64,000 bases of DNA from Candidatus Micrarchaeia archaeon (GCA_038886535.1 JAVZXS010000002.1:96001-160000); one strand, 5' to 3'. Positions 1 through 9,588 are shown, counted from the first letter of the stretch. Numbers and translations are program-made. Notes: a model not told the origin generated them from the sequence alone.

Positions 1-1183
1 AAATCGATCTGTATAAGATTATAGATATCCAAACATCTATTCCTATTATTATTGGATCTACACTTGCAAGGAAATAAAACCAATTTTCATACATTGCAAA
101 TCCAATTCCAATTGCAAAACCATATAAAAGTCCATCTAATGCATCGTCAAATTCGTGGTGTCTTGAAAATAACGCAAGTCCGAAAATTTTAAGAATTTCT
201 TCTATTATAGGGCTTGCAATGATACTTATTATAGCGGTCGTCAAAGCGAGAGGTATAATATCTGCACTTTTGCCAATAAGATAAATAATAAGATTATTAA
301 TAAAGAATGCAACCATAGCTGCAAAAATTCCATAAACAAACATTCCTGCTACAAATCTCAATGGTTCTCTTTCATATATATCTGCGTACCAGGTAAATAT
401 CATAAGTATTAATGGAATAGCTAAAGATGCAACAAATGAAATTAATATTATCTCAATCTTAGTTAGAATATCGTAGTTCTGATATGTTGAAAAGGCTATA
501 ATACACACAAGAAGAATTGCAAAGAAAAGTATAATTGACCATATAGCTGGATTTGCAAGTGCATTTGCAATTTGTTCACTCATTGTTCTTCCATATGGAA
601 ATTCAAATAGTGTTTTATCAGTGTATTCATCATTTTTTCCGTATTTTCTCATTTCAGCATCTCTTACAACTAAAGATAAGATTAATAGAAGGATTAATGC
701 GATTATCGGTGCAACCACATACGCTCCTATATTTATTGCTTCGTATGTTATCTTTTCATATTTCTCCCAAGATTGAGCAATTGTGAACTCTTTTGCCAGA
801 TACGTATCAGAGATTAGGAGGTATCTTCCAACATCTGTAGTAAGACCATTATAAGTGTAGGTCATTGGAATTTCAAATTCGGCACTTTCTTGAGCTTCAA
901 GCTTTCCAAGTTCTGCTATAAATATATAGTTTTCATTTTCCTTAAAATATAAGGCAATATTTATTGCTTCATTGCCTTCATTAGTTATTGTAATATTGTG
1001 TTTCATTAAACAAGGAGTTTCAGTACACACAACTGCAACAGGTTGTATTGTTGCAGTTAGGCTTCCTTTAATAATGCTTCTATTTTCATCTATTCTGAGT
1101 TGATTTGGAAATGCTAATACAAGTGAAAAGAGAAGAATAAGTATTGAAATCATGTGAAATATTTTTTTAGGTCTTTCATTCAT
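1..1183 (-). CDS. PrsW-family intramembrane metalloprotease with N-terminal signal peptide and extracellular domain (3' end runs off the window)
   Basis: Hand-translated from ATG at 1183 (SD GGTG upstream): MNERPKKIFHMISILILLFSLVLA..., WYADIYEREPLRF, ASPIIEEILKIF (EExxK), FDDALDGLLYGFAIGIGFAMYEN. Absent from the ORF track because it has no stop in the window. Confidence 0.85.
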   Translation of the reverse strand, partial: MNERPKKIFHMISILILLFSLVLAFPNQLRIDENRSIIKGSLTATIQPVAVVCTETPCLMKHNITITNEGNEAINIALYFKENENYIFIAELGKLEAQESAEFEIPMTYTYNGLTTDVGRYLLISDTYLAKEFTIAQSWEKYEKITYEAINIGAYVVAPIIALILLLILSLVVRDAEMRKYGKNDEYTDKTLFEFPYGRTMSEQIANALANPAIWSIILFFAILLVCIIAFSTYQNYDILTKIEIILISFVASLAIPLILMIFTWYADIYEREPLRFVAGMFVYGIFAAMVAFFINNLIIYLIGKSADIIPLALTTAIISIIASPIIEEILKIFGLALFSRHHEFDDALDGLLYGFAIGIGFAMYENWFYFLASVDPIIIGIDVWISIILYRSI

Positions 1184-1254
1184 TGTTTTTCACCACTTCT
1201 ACTTTATCTACATTAAAACAAAAAATATAAATATAATGCATTTATATTATTATT

Positions 1255-1737
1255 ATGGTTAATTTTAAAAACCAAAGGTTAAATCGAAAAAAAGATTCTG
1301 AATTTAAATTGAATACTTCAGATCTAAAATATGCTGATGAGTTGATGGAAATATCTAAAGGAGAATCAAAAACCGATTTTTTAGATAAAGCTAGAGATTT
1401 TGTAGATTTGATTCTAATCCATAAAGGAGATTTAAACAAGGTTGAAAAAGAATTTCCAGTAACTTCATTTGGGATTGAGTTTATTGAAAAAGCGAAAACA
1501 ATATGTAGGAAGAAACAGCTTCTATTCCATGAAAAAGTTCTCAATAAAGTTAAAGAGTCGATATACGAATCTAAAAAGTTAAACTTACTGCAAACTACAG
1601 TACTAATTTTTATGCATGATCTTATGTATTTAGATGAAAGGGAGGGATTAGAAGAAGATCAATATAATGATATACAGGAATATTTTAATGAATTAAAAGA
1701 ATATCTACAAAAAGAATACGGAGATGATGAATGGTAA
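1255..1737 (+). CDS. hypothetical protein (charged, helical)
   Basis: 160-aa ATG ORF filling the gap; no motif recognised. Confidence 0.6.
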   Translation: MVNFKNQRLNRKKDSEFKLNTSDLKYADELMEISKGESKTDFLDKARDFVDLILIHKGDLNKVEKEFPVTSFGIEFIEKAKTICRKKQLLFHEKVLNKVKESIYESKKLNLLQTTVLIFMHDLMYLDEREGLEEDQYNDIQEYFNELKEYLQKEYGDDEW

Positions 1738-1829
1738 ATTAAGAAAGACTTTATATAATTTGTAGGTAATGTCTATTTTTGTGTTAAATTTGTTAATTTA
1801 TATTTGTCTAAGTATAAAATGGTGTTTTT

Positions 1830-2432
1830 TTGGCTATATTTGTTTTGACTGGTACACCTGGAACAGGAAAATCTTCAATAGCGAATTATTTTGCAAAAAA
1901 GAAATGGGCAATTATAGATCTAAATGATCTTGTGAATAAAAAGCATTTGTGGTATACGAAAGAAAAAGGAAGTAAAGTTGTCGATATCGCTTCTCTTAAA
2001 AGAGAGACCATTAAAGAAATATCCAGAATTAAAAATAAATATAAAATATCCAAAGAACCAAATAATGAACTTAATATTATAATAGAAGGGCATTTAGCAT
2101 GTGAGATTACATTACCTGTTGATGCAGTCATCGTTCTTAGAACTAGACCAGACATATTAATTAAAAGATTGATTAAAAGGAAATATCCAAAATATAAAAT
2201 AAGTGAAAATGTCCAAGTTGAAATTATTGATTACTGTACAAAAAAAGCAGAAGAAAATTATAAATGCCCTATTTATGAAATAGATTCTTCAGGTCCTCTT
2301 AGAATTACAACAAATAAATTAAATAAGATAGTAAAACAATTTTCAAATAAAAATAAAAAAAACATTAATAAATCGATAAACTGGCTTAGATATGCTTTCA
2401 AGAAAGAGATTGCGAAATATCTGTTTGAATAG
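1830..2432 (+). CDS. adenylate kinase, Fap7/AK6 (hCINAP) family
   Basis: LTGTPGTGKS P-loop, IIEGH motif, LRTRPDIL..RL..RKY...KI.ENV; TTG start 5 nt after GGTG. Confidence 0.9.
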   Translation: MAIFVLTGTPGTGKSSIANYFAKKKWAIIDLNDLVNKKHLWYTKEKGSKVVDIASLKRETIKEISRIKNKYKISKEPNNELNIIIEGHLACEITLPVDAVIVLRTRPDILIKRLIKRKYPKYKISENVQVEIIDYCTKKAEENYKCPIYEIDSSGPLRITTNKLNKIVKQFSNKNKKNINKSINWLRYAFKKEIAKYLFE

Positions 2433-2483
2433 AGCAATTGGAAAGAGTTTAAAATTTCACTTCTTATTATATTTAGTGATCAG

Positions 2484-2939
2484 ATGAAAAAGAAATATAA
2501 AGGGAAAAAAGGACAAATAGCATTTGAAACTATTCTTATTGTCGGATTTGTATTCCTTCTACTTATTCCACTTATTTTTATATTATTCAATCGTTCTGTT
2601 TCTATTCAAGATGAACTTACAACTATACAAACTTCAAGAGCACTCTTTACTCTTGTCTCCGCTGTTGATTCTGTTGGAGTACTGGGTCCAAATAACAGTA
2701 TAATTGTAGAAGTAGTATTTCCTAATAATATTAAAAAGCTATCAATAGGCAGTGATAATAATAGAGAGATATCCGCGGTTTTAGCCACTTCACTTGGAGA
2801 TATACATATAGTTAAAATGTCTCAATTTAATATCTCTTCAACATACATATTTCCAGAAGGCAATATAAAATCAGGAACATATAGATTCAAAATTGTATAC
2901 TCAGAAGATGAAAAAGAAGTAAAAATAAGTTTAGATTAA
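2484..2939 (+). CDS. pilin-like protein with class III signal peptide
   Basis: KKG/QIAFE followed by a hydrophobic helix. Confidence 0.8.
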   Translation: MKKKYKGKKGQIAFETILIVGFVFLLLIPLIFILFNRSVSIQDELTTIQTSRALFTLVSAVDSVGVLGPNNSIIVEVVFPNNIKKLSIGSDNNREISAVLATSLGDIHIVKMSQFNISSTYIFPEGNIKSGTYRFKIVYSEDEKEVKISLD

Positions 2940-2965
2940 TTAAAATAAAAAATTTTAAAAAAGAA

Positions 2966-4108
2966 TTATTCATTTTCTGGCTTTCCTGGATAAAGATCGC
3001 CTTCTTGTATTTGTATAGATATACTTCTAAGTTTTCCGAATCCACTTCTTTTACCTTTTAATTTATCTTTTTCTTGTTTTATCTTCTTATCAGCTTCTTT
3101 AAGTATGTCTTTAAGCACTGCAAATAACTTCCAGCCATGCGAGCTTACTTCAAATGTCTTCTTGCCAGTTACAAGCATTTTCATTGTATATTTGTGCCTC
3201 CTTCCTTCTGGAGAATATTTCTTTATATTTAATCTTACGAATTCAATCGGCATTATTTGTTCAAATGAACTTGCAAATTCGTTTATTTCATTATATATAT
3301 CTTGTTTGTATTGTTTATCCTCTTCATCAAGTCCTATTATTTCAATCACAGTTGCGTGTTTTGGTATTGCACTCTTTATTATGTCGATTGCAGTTATTAT
3401 TCCTATTTTATCATCTCCTTCGACAAGAAGAGACGATATTTGATTTTTTTTCATAATCTTTGCAGCTTCTCTTAGCGATGTAGAAGGAGAAGTTTTTATC
3501 AATTTTGGAGAAGAACCAACTACTGTTTGAAGTAAAATCGAACTCGTTTTTTCCTTTTCTCTTCCCATTGGGACTTTGGTTTTTACTTTTTGCAGGAGTG
3601 GAAGTATATCTATACTACTTAAAATTGCAACAGGTTTTCCAGCATCGGTTATTACTAGATGGTGTTTTCCTGTTTTTCTCATCAAAGCAGCTGCTTTAGA
3701 TACATTTTCTTTTATATCCATCTTTTCGATAGGCATGTTCATAACATCTTCAACTTTTAGAGGTGGAATTTTGTCTTCAGCTATCAATTCTTCTAAAATA
3801 TCAGTATTTTTTACAATTCCAATTATTGAATCACCATCAACAATCGGTAGTTCTCTGTATCCATCAACGAACATAGAGATCTTTCTTTCTATTGAATCTC
3901 CTTCCTTCAATAGAGGAGCTTTCCATGCATGTTTTTCAACCTTTGCATCTGGAGAATATTGGATTGTTTTTAGAGTTCTATCCGATATGATTCCAATGTA
4001 TTTTCCATTTTTCTGAATTATTATAGTCGTTATACCTTGCTCTATCAATTTAGCTGCCTTCGCCATTGTTTCTGTAGAATCAAGTATCGTTGCGGGTCTT
4101 ATAATCAT
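2966..4108 (-). CDS. tandem CBS-domain protein with C-terminal HPF/RaiA-like domain (Hib-type ribosome hibernation factor candidate)
   Basis: Four CBS repeats (GIISDRTL, ELPIVDGDSIIGIV, VEDVMN, GIITAIDII), then a beta-alpha-beta-beta-beta-alpha pattern (VIEIIG...IEFVRLNIKK...KYTMKML...FEVSSHGWKLFAVLKDILKEADKKIK). Confidence 0.75.
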   Translation of the reverse strand: MIIRPATILDSTETMAKAAKLIEQGITTIIIQKNGKYIGIISDRTLKTIQYSPDAKVEKHAWKAPLLKEGDSIERKISMFVDGYRELPIVDGDSIIGIVKNTDILEELIAEDKIPPLKVEDVMNMPIEKMDIKENVSKAAALMRKTGKHHLVITDAGKPVAILSSIDILPLLQKVKTKVPMGREKEKTSSILLQTVVGSSPKLIKTSPSTSLREAAKIMKKNQISSLLVEGDDKIGIITAIDIIKSAIPKHATVIEIIGLDEEDKQYKQDIYNEINEFASSFEQIMPIEFVRLNIKKYSPEGRRHKYTMKMLVTGKKTFEVSSHGWKLFAVLKDILKEADKKIKQEKDKLKGKRSGFGKLRSISIQIQEGDLYPGKPENE

Positions 4109-4141
4109 ATTTTCACCTCAATTTTCACCTTAATTTAAAAA

Positions 4142-4414
4142 TCATTTTCTTTTCATAAATGATTTTAATAAGAAAAAATTACTATCAGACATTATACATT
4201 CAATCTCATTTTTTATTCCGATCGTATCATATACTATAATTTTCACCTTTACTTTTCCAAGTTCCTTTCTCTCTATAATCATCAAGTCATAGAGATAACC
4301 TATAGGCACATTAAGTTTTAGATCTTTATGCCTAATATTGATATTTTCCTCATCTGCTACAATTTCTCCAGCGGGAGTTCCGAACACATCAGAAAAAATA
4401 GGTATTTTTACCAT
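4142..4414 (-). CDS. hypothetical protein (small, beta-rich)
   Basis: 90-aa ATG ORF co-oriented upstream of the CBS gene. Confidence 0.65.
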   Translation of the reverse strand: MVKIPIFSDVFGTPAGEIVADEENINIRHKDLKLNVPIGYLYDLMIIERKELGKVKVKIIVYDTIGIKNEIECIMSDSNFFLLKSFMKRK

Positions 4415-4465
4415 ATTTCTTTTTTGTTGCGAACCATTTAAAAATTATACCCTTAACATATTTTT

Positions 4466-4975
4466 ATGGCAAAATTGAAATATTTTAAATCTTTAAAAGG
4501 TCAAGCAGCAACAGAATTTTTATTTACTTACGGTTGGGCAATACTTTTAGTGCTTGTTATAATGGCGATTCTTTATTCTTCCATATTCAAACCTGAATTC
4601 TATGTTGCAGAAAGATGTGACATTGGTCCAGGTATAGCCTGTGATATGTTTTATCTAAATAAAACTTCATCAGGTCTCAATTTTACTCTTTACGCCCATA
4701 ACTCACTAGGATTCGATGTTAATATAACAAGCTTAAATTTCACATTGCATGATAGGATTAACAATCAAAAATATGTTAAGACAGTATATTTATCTAAAAC
4801 TATAAAAGATAAAGAATCATTTAGTGCAAATGTGCTCTTCAACGTGGATAATTTAGATAGTGTAGTTCCTGGAACTCTGTATTCGATATACTTTACGATT
4901 AACTTCAAAAATAATGAAATAAGCTCTCCTCCAGAGCATGTAACAGCCGGAATAATAAACGTAAGAGTTTCCTAA
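4466..4975 (+). CDS. pilin-like protein with class III signal peptide
   Basis: LKG/QAATEFLFTYGWAILLVLVIMAIL, Cys pair, several N-glycosylation sequons. Confidence 0.85.
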   Translation: MAKLKYFKSLKGQAATEFLFTYGWAILLVLVIMAILYSSIFKPEFYVAERCDIGPGIACDMFYLNKTSSGLNFTLYAHNSLGFDVNITSLNFTLHDRINNQKYVKTVYLSKTIKDKESFSANVLFNVDNLDSVVPGTLYSIYFTINFKNNEISSPPEHVTAGIINVRVS

Positions 4976-5002
4976 TATTTTAGATTAGCAATGTGATTTA
5001 TA

Positions 5003-5821
5003 ATGAGAATACCGATCGCAACAGGCACATTTTATCCAAGTGACAAATCAATTTTGAAAGAAATATGTAGAAGCATGTTCAATTTCAAAGTAGAACATTT
5101 CAATTCTATTTCTGCCCTATTCGTTCCAAACGGTAGATTCGATGTTTTCAAGGATATGTACATTCAGGCATATGCGCATCTTTTGAACATTCCTGAATCA
5201 ACCAGCTTTATTTTTATTTCCGACAATAAGATGAAAAGAGGAAAACCAGTTTCCATTTCAAATGAAGATTGGTTCACTTCTTTAGGAAAGGTTACATATG
5301 ATAAGGATTTAGGGGAGCAAATAAAAAAGCATTCATCATTCGCTGAATTTGACATCTCAGCGCATGCGTTTGAATACTCAATAGAGACGCAACTCCCATT
5401 TATTCAATCCATAACAAACAATCCTAAAATGGTTGCAATATCAATTTCAACATCAAATGAATCTGTTGTTAAAGATCTTGTAAACTCAATTCAAAACTCC
5501 GCTAACATCTTAAACAAAAATATAGTTCTAATTGCTACTTGTCAGATGCTTAGATGTAGATCATTACAAGAAGCAGAATTAAAAATGAGTGAGGTTATAG
5601 AAATTATAAATAATTATGACGTGTATTCAAAGAAAAATGATGATTCATTGTTCAATTATTTCCTCAATCAGGAATGTATGGTGAACCCAACCGTTTTTTT
5701 AATTCCATTAATGTATTCTATTAAAAACAATTTTAGACCAAGAATCTTATCGCAGAAAACAATCAAAACAGGAGTGAAGGAGGAAATTGAAGTATACTCA
5801 TCTATCGCATATGTAAAATGA
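5003..5821 (+). CDS. MEMO1-like (AmmeMemoRadiSam protein B) protein, degenerate active site
   Basis: MRIPIATGTFYP start, WFTSLG, AHAFEYSIETQLPFIQ; usual position upstream of fni. Confidence 0.8.
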   Translation: MRIPIATGTFYPSDKSILKEICRSMFNFKVEHFNSISALFVPNGRFDVFKDMYIQAYAHLLNIPESTSFIFISDNKMKRGKPVSISNEDWFTSLGKVTYDKDLGEQIKKHSSFAEFDISAHAFEYSIETQLPFIQSITNNPKMVAISISTSNESVVKDLVNSIQNSANILNKNIVLIATCQMLRCRSLQEAELKMSEVIEIINNYDVYSKKNDDSLFNYFLNQECMVNPTVFLIPLMYSIKNNFRPRILSQKTIKTGVKEEIEVYSSIAYVK

Positions 5822-5837
5822 TAGAAAAGGTGGTTTT

Positions 5838-6851
5838 ACGTCTATAGAGAAAAGAAAGTTAGACCACATATCAATTTCAATTAAACAAAATGTTTCTTAT
5901 TCAACAATCTCAGCTGGTTTTGATGATGTGGTGATTCCACACGATTCTCTTCCAGAGATTAGTCTAGAACAGGTAGATTCAGGCATTCATTTCTTAAAAA
6001 AAGATATTTCAGCACCTATAATGATTGATGCAATTACAGGTGGCTTTAAGGGCGCAGAAAAAATTAACCAATGTCTTGCAGAGGCTGCAGAAAAAGAAGG
6101 AATTATCTTTGCATTGGGATCTCAGAGAGCAATGATTGAAAATCCAGACTTGGCTTACACATACAAGGTAAGGAAAGTTGCTCCAACAATACCTATAATT
6201 GGAAACATCGGTATCGCAAACGTAAATAAACAGGTCATCAGTAGGCTTGATTCTGCATTGAAGGAAGTTGATGCAGATGCGTTGGCAATTCATCTAAATC
6301 CACTTCAAGAAGCCATACAGAGTGATGGTGATTTAGATTTTAGAGGCAAGTTAGAGATTATAAATGAAGTTTGTGATAGTATAGATATTCCAGTTATTAT
6401 TAAAGAAGTCGGACACGGGATGTCGGAAGAAACTCTTAAAAAGATAGAAAAGACAAAGGCAGAGTTCATAAATGTGGCAGGTGCAGGTGGCACGTCCTGG
6501 ACAAAAATTGAAAATTTAAGAAACCAAGAAGGCGTTAAATCTTTTAATGAAGACGGTGTTCCAACAGTAGTTTCTCTGATAAATGCAAAAAGATTGACAA
6601 AAAAGAGAATTATTGCTTCTGGAGGGATAAGAAGCGGAATAGATGTTGCTAAATCTTTGTGCCTTGGTGCAGAAGTGGGTGGTGCCGCATTGCCATTCTT
6701 AAAGGCATATAAAGAAAATAGGGTCCAATCTTTAATAAAAAGTTGGAAACATGAGCTAAAGGTATTTATGTTCACACGTGGAATATGTAGAATCAGTGAT
6801 CTTAAGAAATTGAAGCCAAAGATAATAGGAAAGACAAAGGATCTTCTCTAA
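5838..6851 (+). CDS. fni: type 2 isopentenyl-diphosphate delta-isomerase (FMN-dependent); probable ACG start at 5838
   Basis: In-frame RKLDHI upstream of the track's GTG (5928); DAITGG, GSQRA, AIHLNPLQE, IKEVGHG, VAGAGGTSW, IASGGIR motifs. Confidence 0.95.
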   Translation, partial: TSIEKRKLDHISISIKQNVSYSTISAGFDDVVIPHDSLPEISLEQVDSGIHFLKKDISAPIMIDAITGGFKGAEKINQCLAEAAEKEGIIFALGSQRAMIENPDLAYTYKVRKVAPTIPIIGNIGIANVNKQVISRLDSALKEVDADALAIHLNPLQEAIQSDGDLDFRGKLEIINEVCDSIDIPVIIKEVGHGMSEETLKKIEKTKAEFINVAGAGGTSWTKIENLRNQEGVKSFNEDGVPTVVSLINAKRLTKKRIIASGGIRSGIDVAKSLCLGAEVGGAALPFLKAYKENRVQSLIKSWKHELKVFMFTRGICRISDLKKLKPKIIGKTKDLL

Positions 6852-6974
6852 TTTGAGTGTTTCTATACTACCTAAATCTGCTAAAAACATATTTTCTACC
6901 CTAATGTGCTAAAAACACAAAAGTTATATTTCTATACGAAGAATTAATTATATCATGTTTTTTTGAGTGATCTT

Positions 6975-8672
6975 ATGGATGTAAAAGAGATAGCAAGGAA
7001 ATGGGCATTAAAGAATGCATTTGATTATGGAAAAGCAGATGTTGGTGCAGTTGTAGGGAAAGTAATTGCAGAGTATCCAGATGTAAAGAAAGATATGAAG
7101 TCAAATATGCAGATAATAAATTCTGTAGTTCAGGAAGTAAATTCAATGAATAGAGAAATGATAGAAGAGGAAGTATCAAAATTTAATTTCGGTGAAAAGA
7201 AGAAAGAAGAAAAGAAAGGAGTAAATCTACCACCACATATAGAAGGAAAGGTTGTAACGCGTTTCGCTCCTGAGCCTTCCGGTTATCTCCACATAGGCCA
7301 TGCAAAGGCATGCCTTATAAGTTGGCAAGGTGCTAGGGAACAGAATGGAAAGTTCATACTTAGGATAGATGACACCAATCCAGTACTGGCAAAGCAGGAA
7401 TTTGTGGATGCATTGAAAGAGGATTTGAAATGGCTAGGTGTAGATTGGGATACAGAGTGTTTCACTTCTGATTTTATGGAGATGTTTTACAATTATGCAT
7501 TTGATCTAATAAAAATGGGTAAGGCATATGTCTGTGAATGCGATGGAGCCACTATAAAGAAAAACAGAGAGGAAAAGAGAGAGTGTCCTTGCAGGAATAA
7601 GCCTGTTATAAAGAATGTCAGAGACCTTGAGAAAATGATTGACGGGGGATTCAAGGAAGGAGAAGCAGTTCTTAGATATAAGGGAAACATGGCTGCGCTT
7701 AACACGGTGATGCGTGATCCAACTTTGATGAGAATAATAGAGGAAAGGCATTTCAGACAGGAAGACAAGTACATTGCATGGCCTTCTTATGACTTTGTGA
7801 CACCTATTCTTGATGCAATACAAGGTGTGACTCATGCAGTTAGATCAAAGGAATATGAGCTTAGAGATGAGCTTTATTATTCATTGATAAAGGATTTTGG
7901 ACTTAGACAGCCGATTATTGTTTCAATCTCACGACTTGTCATAAAGAATAACACCACTCAAAAGAGAGTTATAAGGAAGCTTGTACAGGAAGGAGTTATA
8001 AGCGGATGGGATGATCCAAGACTTCTTACAATGAAGGCAATAAGAAGGAGAGGGATTCAGCCAGAAGCACTTAGGGAATTTGCACTTTCATTTGGAGTAA
8101 GCAAATCAGAATCAAAAGATGCCACATTAGAACAGCTGTTTCATAAGAACAAGCAGATACTTGATCCTATTTCAAAGAGGCTTCATTTTGTTAGAAATCC
8201 CGCTATAATTGTAATAGATGGATTTAGAAGCCAAGCAGTTCTTCCATTCCATCATGAAAATGATCTTGGCTCCAGAAACCTAGTTATAAATGAAAAGGTT
8301 TATGTCGAGCTTGAAGACGTCAAAATAGGTGAAGAGGTCAGGCTTAAGGATCTCTGCAATTTAAGAATAGAATCAAAGATAAGCGATACTCCATATCCAA
8401 CATTTCGCGGGGTTGAGGTGAAATCAGATTATCTCCCAGAGAAAAAGATACAATGGGTTCCAGTAGACTCTGCTGTTAAGATAAAGGTTGAGAAGCCTCT
8501 TGATCTACTAGAAGGAGACATCCCTGCAAAGAATAGCATGCAAATAGATGAAGGATTTGCTGAAGAATTCGTAAATGAGCTGAAAAAAGGAGAGATAGTG
8601 CAATTCATAAGATATGGTTATGTTATAAAAGACAGAGAGGAAGAGGTTCCTGTTTTTATATTCACATCATAA
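6975..8672 (+). CDS. gltX: glutamate--tRNA ligase (archaeal type)
   Basis: TRFAPEPSGYLHIGH, RIDDTNP, WDDPRLLT; ATG 5 nt after AGTG. Confidence 0.95.
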   Translation: MDVKEIARKWALKNAFDYGKADVGAVVGKVIAEYPDVKKDMKSNMQIINSVVQEVNSMNREMIEEEVSKFNFGEKKKEEKKGVNLPPHIEGKVVTRFAPEPSGYLHIGHAKACLISWQGAREQNGKFILRIDDTNPVLAKQEFVDALKEDLKWLGVDWDTECFTSDFMEMFYNYAFDLIKMGKAYVCECDGATIKKNREEKRECPCRNKPVIKNVRDLEKMIDGGFKEGEAVLRYKGNMAALNTVMRDPTLMRIIEERHFRQEDKYIAWPSYDFVTPILDAIQGVTHAVRSKEYELRDELYYSLIKDFGLRQPIIVSISRLVIKNNTTQKRVIRKLVQEGVISGWDDPRLLTMKAIRRRGIQPEALREFALSFGVSKSESKDATLEQLFHKNKQILDPISKRLHFVRNPAIIVIDGFRSQAVLPFHHENDLGSRNLVINEKVYVELEDVKIGEEVRLKDLCNLRIESKISDTPYPTFRGVEVKSDYLPEKKIQWVPVDSAVKIKVEKPLDLLEGDIPAKNSMQIDEGFAEEFVNELKKGEIVQFIRYGYVIKDREEEVPVFIFTS

Positions 8673-8697
8673 ACTCAATCCAATTTTTAGTGATCAT

Positions 8698-9588
8698 ATG
8701 ATACGTATTGTTGTCTTAGGTTCTGGGGCTGCTATTCCATCTCCAGAAAGAAACCTTACCTCTATAGCACTTAAATATGAAGGTAAGGTATTCCTTTTTG
8801 ATTGCGGAGAGGGAACTCAAAGACAGATGATGAAGTACAAGATCAGTTACTCAAAGGTAAAAGCAATTCTAGTCTCTCATCTTCATGGGGACCATATATT
8901 CGGAATACCTGGATTACTATACACTCTTTCAATAGATGAAACTCCAAGAACCGAGCCTTTGCTTATAATCGGGCCGAAAGGAACTGAAAAAAGAATAAGA
9001 GAGCTTGTTTCCAAGGAAATTCCATTTTTGAAAATAGAAGAAGTCGATGAAGGATGGAAGATGGATCTCGGTGATGCAGTTATTTATCCATTCAGAACTA
9101 AACATTTTGAAAATGGAATTTCTTTGGGATATGTTTTCGAGGAGAAAGAAGGATTAAAATTTGATAAGGAAAAATGTGAGAGATTAGGAATAAAGGGAAG
9201 AATGTTTAAGATTCTGGAGAATGAAAAAAGAATAACAGTGCACGGGAAAACAATTAATATAGAGGATGTTACACATAAGAAAAAAGGAAGAAAAATCGTT
9301 GTGTCAGGAGATACCTCCTACTGTGAGAATACAATAAAATATGCAAGAAATGCAGACATACTATTCCATGAGGCAACTTTCATGGAGGACAAAAGAGATA
9401 AGGCAGATGAGGATTATCACTCTACTGTACAGGATGCTGCAAAGGTTGCAAAAGAAGCAGAAGTCAAAAAACTGGTTTTATACCATATTGGAAATAGATA
9501 TACTGATGAGAAGGAAATAGAAAAGGAGGCAAAACAAATTTTTCAAAATACAGTAATAGCAAAAGACGGTTTAGAAATACATATTTAA
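8698..9588 (+). CDS. rnz: ribonuclease Z
   Basis: LGSGAAIP, FDCGEGTQRQ, SHLHGDH, SGDT, HEATF, HST. Confidence 0.95.
   Translation: MIRIVVLGSGAAIPSPERNLTSIALKYEGKVFLFDCGEGTQRQMMKYKISYSKVKAILVSHLHGDHIFGIPGLLYTLSIDETPRTEPLLIIGPKGTEKRIRELVSKEIPFLKIEEVDEGWKMDLGDAVIYPFRTKHFENGISLGYVFEEKEGLKFDKEKCERLGIKGRMFKILENEKRITVHGKTINIEDVTHKKKGRKIVVSGDTSYCENTIKYARNADILFHEATFMEDKRDKADEDYHSTVQDAAKVAKEAEVKKLVLYHIGNRYTDEKEIEKEAKQIFQNTVIAKDGLEIHI

Noticed and set aside
7940..7980. GluRS lacks a literal KMSKS (reads TTQKR)
   Set aside because: This motif is routinely degenerate in archaeal/eukaryotic-type GluRS, and the other motifs are intact.
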